Shown: positions 54,726 through 64,000 of the stretch, piece after piece
Layout: each line of letters begins with the position of its first letter
Numbering within the stretch: position 1 is the first letter of the stretch
Assembly (NCBI GenBank): GCA_009103225.1
Contig: RHPI01000026.1
Location: forward strand, 625,717 to 689,716
Source of the DNA: Chlorokybus atmophyticus
Taxonomy: Eukaryota > Plantae > Mesostigma and Chlorokybus algae
Direction: 5' to 3'
Length of the DNA stretch: 64,000 nt
Notes under the pieces: generated by a model
The model's input: only the letters and a program-made list of their open reading frames with translations
Told to the model about the DNA's origin: nothing
Database searches by the model: none
Made by a program: the position numbers and the translations under genes

Positions 54726-55637
54726 GTGACAGTGCAGGACATTCCCGTGGTTGCCAATGCAACCTCCTTGGACTATGCCATTGGCCCGTTGGCCACAGAA
54801 GACACTCGAGAGAAGCTGGAGGCTCTCCTTAACAAGTGGAGGAGCCAATTCAGCTTCAATGTGAAGGAATTGGGGACATGCTCAGTGTACCAGATGGACA
54901 TCGAGCTGGTGGACACTGAGCCGGTGTTCCGGCGGCAATACAGGCTCTCCAAGTTGGAAGAGGACCTGGTGGAACAGAGATGTAAGGCGCTGCATGATGC
55001 AGGCCTTATCGAAGAGTCCACATCGGACTTCGCAGCAGCAACCGTCATGCCACTGAAGAAAGATTCAGCAGGCAACTGGACAGAGCGACGCATGTGTGGC
55101 GACTATCGCCCCCTCAACAGCAAAACCAAGCAAGACAGGTACCCCATGCCCACAGCAAAGGGTATCTTTGATGATGTGGGAGACTGCAAAGTCTTCAGCA
55201 TCTTGGACATGCGTCAAGGGTACAACCAAATCGCCATCAAGGACGAGGACAAGCACAAGACCTCCTTCTGGGGCAACCGACAGTTGTACCAATGGAAGGT
55301 AATGCCGTTCGGGCTGAAGAATGCCCCCGCCAAGTTTCAACGCGTCATGGACAAGGCCTTGAAGGGGCTGGACTGCGCGCGGTGCTACATCGATGACATC
55401 CTCATCTTCAGCCGCAGCAACGAGGAGCATCTTCAGCACATCGAAGCGGTGCTGGAACGACTCAAGGGAGTGGGGATGACCGTACACCCCGACAAGTGTA
55501 CCTTCTTCACCCACAAGGTGCCGTACTTAGGGCACATGATTGTGCCCCATGGTGTGTATGTGCAGCAGGCAAAAGTAGAGGCTCTGACAGCTATCCCCGC
55601 CCCGACAGACCTCACACGTCTGCGTGCTTTTTTGTGA
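54726..55637 (+). CDS. Reverse transcriptase (Ty3/Gypsy)
   Basis: RMCGDYRPLN, LDMRQGYNQI, MPFGLKNAPAKFQ, CYIDDILIFS, YLGH. TGA at 55635-55637 falls within FL*LANYY. Confidence 0.97.
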   Translation: MTVQDIPVVANATSLDYAIGPLATEDTREKLEALLNKWRSQFSFNVKELGTCSVYQMDIELVDTEPVFRRQYRLSKLEEDLVEQRCKALHDAGLIEESTSDFAAATVMPLKKDSAGNWTERRMCGDYRPLNSKTKQDRYPMPTAKGIFDDVGDCKVFSILDMRQGYNQIAIKDEDKHKTSFWGNRQLYQWKVMPFGLKNAPAKFQRVMDKALKGLDCARCYIDDILIFSRSNEEHLQHIEAVLERLKGVGMTVHPDKCTFFTHKVPYLGHMIVPHGVYVQQAKVEALTAIPAPTDLTRLRAFL

Positions 55638-57620
55638 CTTGCCAACTACTATCGCCGGTTCGTAAAGGACTTTGCGAAGATCGCAAGGCCCCTCAACGAG
55701 CTACTGAAGAAGGAGGTGGAGTTCGCATGGAAGGAGCCGCAACAGCAGGCTTTCGAGGAGCTGAAGAGCAGGCTCACCTCCGCTCCCATCCTTCAACGTC
55801 CGGACTACGCCAAGCCTTTCATCCTTCACACCGACTAGAGCAAGCTGGGGATGGAGCGGTGCTGGTGCAGCACGATGAGAACAAGAAGGAGCGGGTGGTG
55901 TCATACGCCAGCCGAAGCAACAACAGCGCCGAGGCCAACTATAACAGCTACGAAGGGGAGTGCCTCGCTGCAGTGTGCGCCATCTCCTTCCGACCTTTCC
56001 TCTTTGGTCGACAGTTCCAACTGATCACCGATCATCAGCCCCTCAAGTGGCTGATGACCAACCAACATCTGACAGGGAAACTTGCTCGATGGGCCCTGCT
56101 GTTGCAGGCATACGACTTCGAGATCGACCACCGCGCTGGCCTCACCAACCAAGACGCCGATGGCCTCAGCGGCAACCCTCACCTCAGCACCAACGACGCA
56201 ACTAGAGCTCGGCATGAGCTCGTCCCTGCAGCAACAGCCCCCACGATGGCAGCCATGTTTGCTGCTGCCGCGTTGCGCTCAGGGCGCAAGACCAACACCA
56301 CGGCCTCAGCAGTGGCAGAGGAAATTCCTGCCCTTGAGCCTACCGGCTCTGCGGCAACCACACCCTTGGGAGACGCCCACGCAGCCGACATTGACGTCGA
56401 TAACACAGAGCTGGCGCCCACTGACACCAGGCAGGACATATGGCAGGACAAGCCATCACTCTCCTTTCTTCAAAGTGGCCAGCTTCCCTCCGGCATGAGC
56501 GCCCGAGAGAAGGACCGAGTCAACCAACGCACCCGTCACTATCGATGGGCAGGTGACAAGCTGTATCGCCGCTTCCACGACGAAGACAAGGAAGTGCCGA
56601 CACCGATCACGCGCGAGGGCATCATCACTTCCCTCCACACTGAGCTTGGACACTTCGGTGTCAAGCGTACAGTCAGCCTAGTGAGGGCGCAATATTGGTG
56701 GTATGGGTTAACAAAACAGGTGCAGGGGTTCGTCAGCCACTGCCAGCAGTGTGACATGGTGCGCGCCAGCCTCAACACGCGTAGCGCCACCTTGCACCCA
56801 CTCCCCATCTCCGGTCTCTTTTACCGATGGGGACTCGACATCTTGGGGGACTTGGCACCCTCCGCGCGTGGCAACCGTTACATCCTGGTCATGATCGAGC
56901 ACTTCTCCAAATGGGTGGAGCTGGTACCATTACCCGACAAGAGCAGCAGGGGGGTGTCTCAAGCCTTCCTCTCTCACGTTTTCAGCCGATTTGGCAGCTG
57001 CGCCGAGGTCATCACTGACCAAGGTACTGAGTTCAGAGGGGAATTCGACACCCTCTTGGACAAATGTTACATCGACCACCGCCGTATCTCGCGTGATCAC
57101 CCTCAAGCCGACGGTCTCTCCGAGCGTACAGTACAGACCATTAAGAAGGCACTCCGCAAGTACGTGCTGGAGTACGAGAAGAACACTTGGGATGACCACC
57201 TCCCGTGGGTGGCCCTCGGATATCGATTGTCAAAGCAGGCGGCTCTGCGGGAGTACAGCCCGTACTACTTGCTGTTTGGGCGACCACCATTGCTCCCCTT
57301 CCGTGCGCAGCAGGAGGTGGATCGCGTCGTGAACAACCTCGACGACACTGACTGGATGCACCACGACATCACCATGCGCGCCGCGCTTTTTGAGCGCACC
57401 GTCCCCATGGCCTACGAAGAGCGCCAACGGCGGTTCCAAGCGGGGGACTTTGCCTATCGCATTGCAGCCACCAAAGACACGCTTGACACCTCCGTAGGCC
57501 GCACCGTCTACAAGGTACTCAAAGTGTACCCCACAGGGGTGCTGGACCTCCTTGGTCAAAACGGAGAGAGGTTGAAGGACAACATGGTGAACTGTGCGCC
57601 ATGTCACCTTCCTTACGTAG
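55638..57620 (+). CDS. RNase H and DDE integrase
   Basis: RNase H: ILHTD*SKLG, YEGECLAAV, TDHQPLKWL, NQDADGLS. Integrase: HHCC zinc finger LHTELGHFG...CQQC and catalytic contexts WGLDILG, ITDQG, LSERTVQ. Confidence 0.95.
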
Positions 57621-57667
57621 CCGGCTTCGGGCGTATCCAGCACCCTCGTCCCGCGCGCAGCACACGC

Positions 57668-57802
57668 TGTGAACGCTGCGGCAGCGCCGGCGACGACGCA
57701 CTCATGATGCTCTGCGATGGCTGCAACAAGGGCCTGCATTGCTACTGCCTGGAGCCACCTTTGGACGCGATACCTGTGGAGGAGTATTGGTGCGACGATT
57801 GC
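57668..57802 (+). CDS. PHD finger (C4HC3) at the integrase C-terminus
   Basis: CERCGSAGDDALMMLCDGCNKGLHCYCLEPPLDAIPVEEYWCDDC, in frame with the integrase (ORF to 57832). Confidence 0.93.
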
Positions 57803-60180
57803 CGTACCAACGGCCCTCCTCACTTGCGCTAGCAGCTGAGCTCTGGAGCTGAAACCTCCCCCAGACCCAGGGGGGGTGGCTTGTTGACTTTGTGTGTTAC
57901 AGCACAGCATGTACACTAGGGAGAACACCGACTCCACCTGCCCGTACCACCCAGCAGCAGCAGACCAACTGCACAAAGCACTTGTCACCATGAGGGTTGG
58001 GGTCATCTTTTGTTTTTGCTGCGCGTTACACAGGTGGCGCAGCAAGCATGGCTGTCCATGCAGCTGTCCGAGACAGCGTGACCCTCGACTCCCCTCGTCC
58101 CGACAGTATCAACATATACATTTTATAATGTACATATATTATGTACCATGTTTATTACACATTATTTTTATATAGTATATATTATACACAAGATGTGGAT
58201 ATAATATATATACATTATACAAATGATTGTGGCATACATTACATAAGTATACTTATTTTATGAGTTATTGTATTGGCTCGCTGCTGAAGTCTTTTACTTT
58301 GTATATATAATTATTATATGTGGATATGTGTAGTATATATAAGTATATGTTATGTGTATATGTATATATGTATATATTGTGCATATAGTGTGTACATACC
58401 ATAAAAAGTGAGCACAACATGGTGCACATATGGCGGCATATTGTTTTATGTGGCACATTTGATACGGGCGGGTTGTGTAACGCACTGATTAAGGTACATT
58501 AGGTACTATCGTTCTTGCCACGTTACGTGCAAAACGTTTGATAAATTACGGAAAGGTTCCGATCATAAAATTCTGCTAATATAAATTGTCTGAACTTTAA
58601 GGTTCAACTAAACAAAATTTTGCGTAGGTAGGCCACCATTTGGTCAGACGTCCGCATGATTAAATGGCATCACAACAGTGACAGCCGCCGTTGCCTAAAA
58701 AAGCACAAGAGATGCCAATCATTGCAAAATGCTCTAAAGTATCTCAAAGGCTTCCCGGCGGCAACGACAATAAAACGGCGAGTCGTAAATTAAAGCTGTT
58801 CGGCGCCAGCTTGACAACCGTTCGCGAAGGTACGAGGTCGGGGCAGAGGAGATATACCCCAAACACATGCCGTCATCAGTAACCACATCGCAAAATGTTT
58901 CCTCTACCGGCCGACTAAATGTTGGCAACAGCCGTGCACCTGAGGATCCCCAGTTGCACGGCCGTGGCTCAGTCCATCTGTAATCTCAATACAGGATCTG
59001 ATGTAATGGCCGTCTCCATCAGTCGGCGGCCGTTTTGGTAAAGGGACCACTCTAGACTGACAGGTACCTGTTAAATACTCATCAGTCAAGCAAAGGGGAC
59101 TTGACCTAATTAACCAGTACCCAGCAGTTAGGTACCGGCGACTGCAACTCGAAGGTGTCAAACTATCAGATACCTTTTGGGTACCTTAAGGTAATTTCAA
59201 AGTAACCGACGTTAATGTCCCCAGTACCTACTGGTATCTACCGGTACCGTTCGGTCATGAGCAGGCGCTGCATGCATGTGATTGTCATCAACTGTGAGAG
59301 ACGGCGAGTCACAAGCTTGACTAATCCACAACACCAATATAGCAATAGATTACATTACAACATGTTGCTACGCTACAATGTAAACTATAATGAGCTACTA
59401 CTATTACTACTATTACCCTATACTCAGCCGCCGCTCCGCCGAGCCTGCGCCGCCGCTCCTCCGCCGCCGCCGCTGCCTCGCCGCTCCTCCTCCGCTTAGC
59501 CTGGTCGGCAAGGGCGTCAACACAACGGCATTATACATTATGACACATGACACGTATGAACAAACTCACCTACCATGCCATTGCCGCCGCCGCCGCCCTA
59601 GGTTGGCCTGATCTGGCCTACAAGAAGGGCGGTATGATTGCGCTGTTGCATTGTAACATAACATCATGCGTACAACTTTACTACTCTATGTACACACACA
59701 TTGGCAAACTCACCAACTGCCGCCGCCACCGCCACCGCCACCGCCACCGCCACCGCCACCGCCACCGCCACCGCTGCTGCCGCACAACTATTCTAAAACA
59801 TGAAGCCGTCGGTACAATTGGCCGTCAGTACAATCTCGTCGCCATCGCTTGCCCCTTTGAGGAAACTTAATTGGAACTGAGTGGTCTTGCTTGCCAATGT
59901 ACTACCTAATAGGTTAGTCGCCGCCGCGGCTTATATGCGGTCGGCGGCCGGCCGCGGGTCAACTGTGACTTATCAACATCGACCGTCGCCATTAGGGGCC
60001 TGAACATACACTTAATTGTCATAACAGGTAGGTCGCCATTGCGGAAGCTGTATGACCGGCGGTTGGCCGTAAAAATATGTTGCTGTTACGTCATTATCGG
60101 TAGGCAACAGTCCACTGTACTCTACGATAGGCGGTCGGCAATTAAGTAGGGTTCATAATATGCACCGGCAGTTCATTCAT

Positions 60181-60504
60181 TCCCTTTATGGTCTAAGTCG
60201 TTATGTTCGTTGGGGTCGGGTAGGGTCAGGCACTCGACAGTCCCTCAGTCTCTTGTCAGTCACCATATAGCTTGCGACGCAGCACTTTAACAGCTTCACT
60301 TACTTCTACTTAGCACTATGGTACGCTACAATTATGCGCCATTAAACATGGTCTTCACCCGAATGGTGAGCTCAAAAACCCAAGGACTTGAACCCACCTA
60401 GGTGTTTACATCGCAAATTTTACACAGTGACTGACAAGGGACTGAGGGACTGACGGGTGCCTGACCCTGCCTGATCCTACTTGACGGATTGGTCCATAAA
60501 GGGA
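60181..60504. repeat. Inner inverted repeat (~80-bp arms 60181-60263 / 60427-60504), MITE-like
   Basis: gggtcaggcactcgacagtccctcagtctcttgtcagtcac vs gtgactgacaagggactgagggactgacgggtgcctgaccc. Confidence 0.8.
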
Positions 60505-60547
60505 CTTATTAGGACGGCCGGTACTACTAAGCAACATATACCAACGG

Positions 60548-61076
60548 TGTAACGGGAAGGTACATCAAGTTACCACAAATCGACCATAAAAGTACCAAGT
60601 CTTTTGTGGTCGAGTGGGCTGTGACATTGGTCATTGAAGCCTGAGACCCGGGTTCGATTCCTGCTTTGCACACGAATTTTGCGGTCGTCGTTTTGTGATC
60701 CAATAACATCGTAAGTTGTCACTTTATAAGTGCCATCATCGATGCGTCGCGACTTGCCTAATGGCAGTCGCGCCGAACTGATCAGTTCAGTCGGCGCGGC
60801 AGGGCGCGACTTGCCTATCGCGGCGACGCGACCTGTGGGGCCGGCAGCGTTTCGCTATGCGCGCGTCGACCGGTATGGGTCTAAATTGGCCGGTCCTTAG
60901 GTGGTGGGGCCGGTGAACGACCCTAATCAGACCCCTGGGATGATTCCCCAGCTACTGCGAGCCAGCTGCCAAGGACGTCAGCGTTTTTAAGTGGGGGGGA
61001 ATGTAACGGGAAGGTACATTAAATTACCACAAATCGACTAAAAAGCACCAAGTCTTTTGTGGTCGAGTGGCTGTGA
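60548..61076 (+). mobile_element. TRIM-like miniature LTR element whose LTR contains a tRNA-derived A/B box; 3' LTR truncated
   Basis: LTR1 is 60548-60708 (TGTAAC...TAACA). The internal region is ~290 bp and non-coding. A PPT aagtgggggggaa (60989-61001) precedes LTR2 from 61002, which repeats the first ~75 nt of LTR1. A box TGGTCGAGTGG (60607-60617) and B box GGTTCGATTCC (60651-60661). Confidence 0.7.
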
Positions 61077-62449
61077 GAAATGGCAAGCGATTGGCCGTCG
61101 ACACAATCGATGGCGGCCTGCCTGTGACGGCAACACCGCACTTTAAGGTGACGGCCGATTGTCGGTCATCCCATTTGCGCAATGGCGACCTATCTGTATA
61201 GCAAAAAAGTCACGTTTTGATCACATACAGTGACGGCCGACCGTTGGTCGTACTACGACCAACGGAAAATATGCGCGACAACCTGTAAAGTATGGCAAGC
61301 CAGTCACCATTAGTCCCTATCAGGTGACCTTATCGCGTTTATTAAGTAACGGCCGACCGCCGGTCGTGCACTTAACACGGCGGCGACTTTATCGTTATGC
61401 AAGCAAGTTACCGCCCGTCCCTACATGTCGGCAAGTAATGCCGGTGACGGTGGTACAATGCAATTATTGTACCATATTAATGGTACAAAATGTCCATTGC
61501 TATAGTGATATAATTGTACCGTTTGAATGGTACAACGATGCCATTGTACCGTTGAGCGTTCGAAAGCCGTCGGGCAGCCCAAGTCAATCAAACGCTTAAC
61601 GGCTTGAAGTGTTGAACAGGTGAGCGCTGGGCGGCGGCGGCGGCGGTATGGTAAGGAACAGCATGCGAGTGTGAAGGTTGTGTACATTGCGGTTGACTGC
61701 GCTTGATTAATTGCCTTGTGCTGTACAGGAGCGGCGGTGGATAAGGAGCGACGGCGGAGGTGGAGCGTGGTGCAGGAGCGCCGGTTTGTATTAAGGCCTT
61801 AGACTAGGGTAGTAGTAATGGTAGTAGAAGCTCATAATAGGTAGTTCAAATTGTGCATACATTGGAGTACTCTTATAAGTTGCAATATATATTGTATTTT
61901 TTTTAATTTTAGTCGCCGTTTTGCTTGTCACGCATTTGAGTATCTAATCATAACCTGAACGGTACCAACAGGTAGCTTTAGACGTACCTATCAATAACGG
62001 TCGATAGGGAAAAAGTACCATGAGGTACCTGTTAGTCACACTGAGTTAGTGTACAGTCACCAGGACATCAACTGTACCTAAACAACAGGTACCGGTTGGT
62101 TAGGTTAAGTCCCTTTTGCCTAACGGGTATGTAACTGACAGTATGTACCTGTCCGTCCAAGTCAGTCCCTTTGTGCAAACGGCCGGGGACGGCCGTTATA
62201 CTCAAGTCCCTGTATCGAGATTACAGGTGGACTGAGCCACGACAGTTCAAATAAGTGTTCTCAGGTGCACGGCCGTTGCCAATATTTGATCGGCAGGCAG
62301 GGGAAAATTATTGCGACGTATGGTCAAGTCCGTGAGGCCCCATGTTACAGCAAGCGTCAAAGTTGGTCAAGCTGAAAAGCTCGCAAAACGTGGTTGATCA
62401 ATTAGGTGGTATGCGCTCAGATGTAATGAGCGCAAATATTGCTACCTTT

Positions 62450-62830
62450 AAGCACAGGGCTTTTTACGCGCGGACCAGTCGTACGCGGCCCGCAGACCAC
62501 GCCTGGTTCGCTGTGGCGTACCAGTGCCGCGACTGGTCCGGCGTGACCGGACCACCGGTGGTCCCGCCCCGGAGCCGGATGGCCTGGTCCGATAGCCCGG
62601 ACCAGGGCTGGCCGCGAGCCCCGCGGCCTGCTGACCAGTGCAGCACTGGTCAGCACGCGGCTTGAGCAGTAGGACCAGGGCTGGCCGCGCCCCCCTCGGC
62701 CTGCGAACCACAGCAGCACTGGTACAGGTGTGCAGGTGCCGTGAACCAGACCTGGTCCGTATGCAGCCGTGTCGTGGGACCAGGTACATTGTAGCGCGTC
62801 GCTCGAGTCCATTGGTCCCTGACGTACGCA
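62450..62830. repeat. GC-rich array of GGACCAG/CTGGTCC motifs in both orientations
   Basis: Direct repeat ggaccagggctggccgcg at ~62599 and ~62672; perfect 13-bp-arm hairpin at 62629-62655. Confidence 0.6.
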
Positions 62831-64000
62831 ATGACCGAAGCTGTCTGGCATGATGGGCCGCGACCTTGCACACGTCAGCAAAGGTAAGTACGGCTGTACT
62901 CGATCTTATCCCGTGCTAAAACCCTAATCGCAAATGAGGTCGCACTGAGGCACTGCGTTGCAACCGGCAAGCTAATGGAGCTGGAGGCGGCGGTGCTGAG
63001 GGTAGGCCTAATGCATGCGGTGGTACTTAAGCTTCACAACATTGCATTCCTTGTGGCTTGCTGTGAGCTAGTTGTTGTAGTGACACCATTGTTATTGTGA
63101 CAGTGGTGGTTGTGCTTGTGTTTGCTGCGGCAGCAGCAGCAGCCGAAGGTGTTGTTCGTAAGCTACAGCCGCTGCCAGCGGCTGTAGCTTGCGAAGCTAC
63201 AGTGTTGCGAAGCTTCACACCAGCAAATCAACAACACTAGCCATGGCAACAACCGCCGCAGCAGCTACAGTAGCTGCAGCCGCTTTGTCTGATGTCATGG
63301 CCACCTGCATGCTTGCACAGAGAGTTTCTTCAACCAATTGCACGTTCAGTGCATTCCCGGCAGGTATATATGGTGTATGGCTCTTGGTATGAATTTGCTT
63401 ACCTCTACCTGAGCAGTCTAGCACGCACATGCATTGTGTCATCTTTCACAACGTGCATATTTCGCAATGTGCATTTCACAGTGCGCTTGTGACGTCTCAG
63501 CTGATTTAGCGCAGAGATGGCGGCATAAGCGTAACTACCTATATGAGATTTGGGCGCAACAACGTGGCGCACAGCTTGGGAAACAGGTTGCGAAAGAGTG
63601 CTGTCGTTTGTTCTTTAAGTGCACCAGGCATGCACAGCCTAGCCGTTGGCTAACACACATTGTTGGTATGCAGTTCATTGTCAGTTTGCACACTTGCCAA
63701 TGCACTTGTTCCCCATTTACTTGTTGCTTGTGCAGTTGGCGCTGCTGTTGCGCCACAGTGCAATCAGCGCATTCATTGCGACAAGCACTATGGCTGTCTC
63801 GGATGGTAGATCACTTTGGAGTGCTGGCGAGAACTATGCAGGTCCAGAACCTTTGATGTGTGCGCGCGTGTGCATTTGTGCATATGTACATTTCTGTACA
63901 TGTGCATTTGTACACGTACTTTTATGTGTGGGTACCTTTCTTCACATGTATATGTGTCTCTGCATCTCTCTCCCCCTCTCCTCTCATCGCTCTCCCCAAC

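Larger units (their letters stand above)
47913..58105 (+). mobile_element. Ty3/Gypsy retrotransposon encoding a cytosine DNA methyltransferase and a C-terminal PHD finger. Outer boundaries are tentative.
   Basis: The internal domain series is unambiguous (see sub-features). Candidate termini are TGTCA (47913) and CGACA (58105), each flanked by GTAT and AT-rich DNA. A G-rich PPT-like tract is at 57870-57880. A clean LTR pair could not be aligned. Confidence 0.9.
58884..62320. mobile_element. Non-coding foldback element with long, diverged inverted arms (~58884-60050 / ~61170-62320)
   Basis: ttggcaacagccgtgcacctgag...gtggctcagtccatctgtaatctcaatacagg (58922-58996) matches the reverse complement of 62199-62283. 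Symmetry continues inward (ggtaggtcgccattgcg ~60026 vs cgcaatggcgacctatc ~61179). No TSD was resolved. Confidence 0.8.

Noticed and set aside
48731-57832. DIRS/tyrosine-recombinase element with an adenine methyltransferase
   Set aside because: The element has a protease and a DDE integrase, no YR motifs, and its MTase motifs are C5-type (xCQ, ENV) rather than DPPY-type.
48507-58114. LTR pair starting TGTTGACTT at 48507 and 57882
   Set aside because: Similarity stops after ~9 nt of the putative LTR, and there is no matching TSD.
60598-60672. Functional tRNA-Gln(TTG) gene
   Set aside because: The acceptor stem does not pair, the anticodon stem is poor, and the sequence is embedded in an LTR-like repeat. 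It is reported instead as tRNA-derived.

Overview
Eukaryotic genomic DNA: intron-rich, about 50% GC, with (CA)n/(TG)n-rich introns and two N gaps. A plastid-type DUF3067 gene and a telo-box/site II ribosomal-protein promoter suggest a green alga, possibly a streptophyte; this is inference. Host genes are a partial F-box gene, RPL24 (5 exons), two paralogous secreted GGA(V)/FxxN beta-helix genes from a ~4 kb duplication, and a DUF3067 gene. Most of the rest is nested, decayed transposons. These are a full-length chromodomain Ty3/Gypsy element (11440-24037, ATATG TSD) interrupted by a piggyBac and a second insert, a pogo/Fot1 element with TIRs and TA TSD, an Academ element (21-bp TIR, CAGA TSD) inside a Tc1/mariner MITE, further MITEs, a perfect 119-bp palindrome, a ~3.4 kb foldback element, and a TRIM-like element whose LTR carries a tRNA-derived Pol III promoter. 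The standout is a Ty3/Gypsy retrotransposon (~47.9-58.1 kb) with domain order gag(2xCCHC) - unknown region - protease - C5 cytosine DNA methyltransferase - RT - RNase H - integrase - PHD finger. It therefore carries both a putative 5mC writer and a putative histone reader. This copy has nonsense codons and single-base frameshifts. All calls come from reading motifs by eye; no database search was run.
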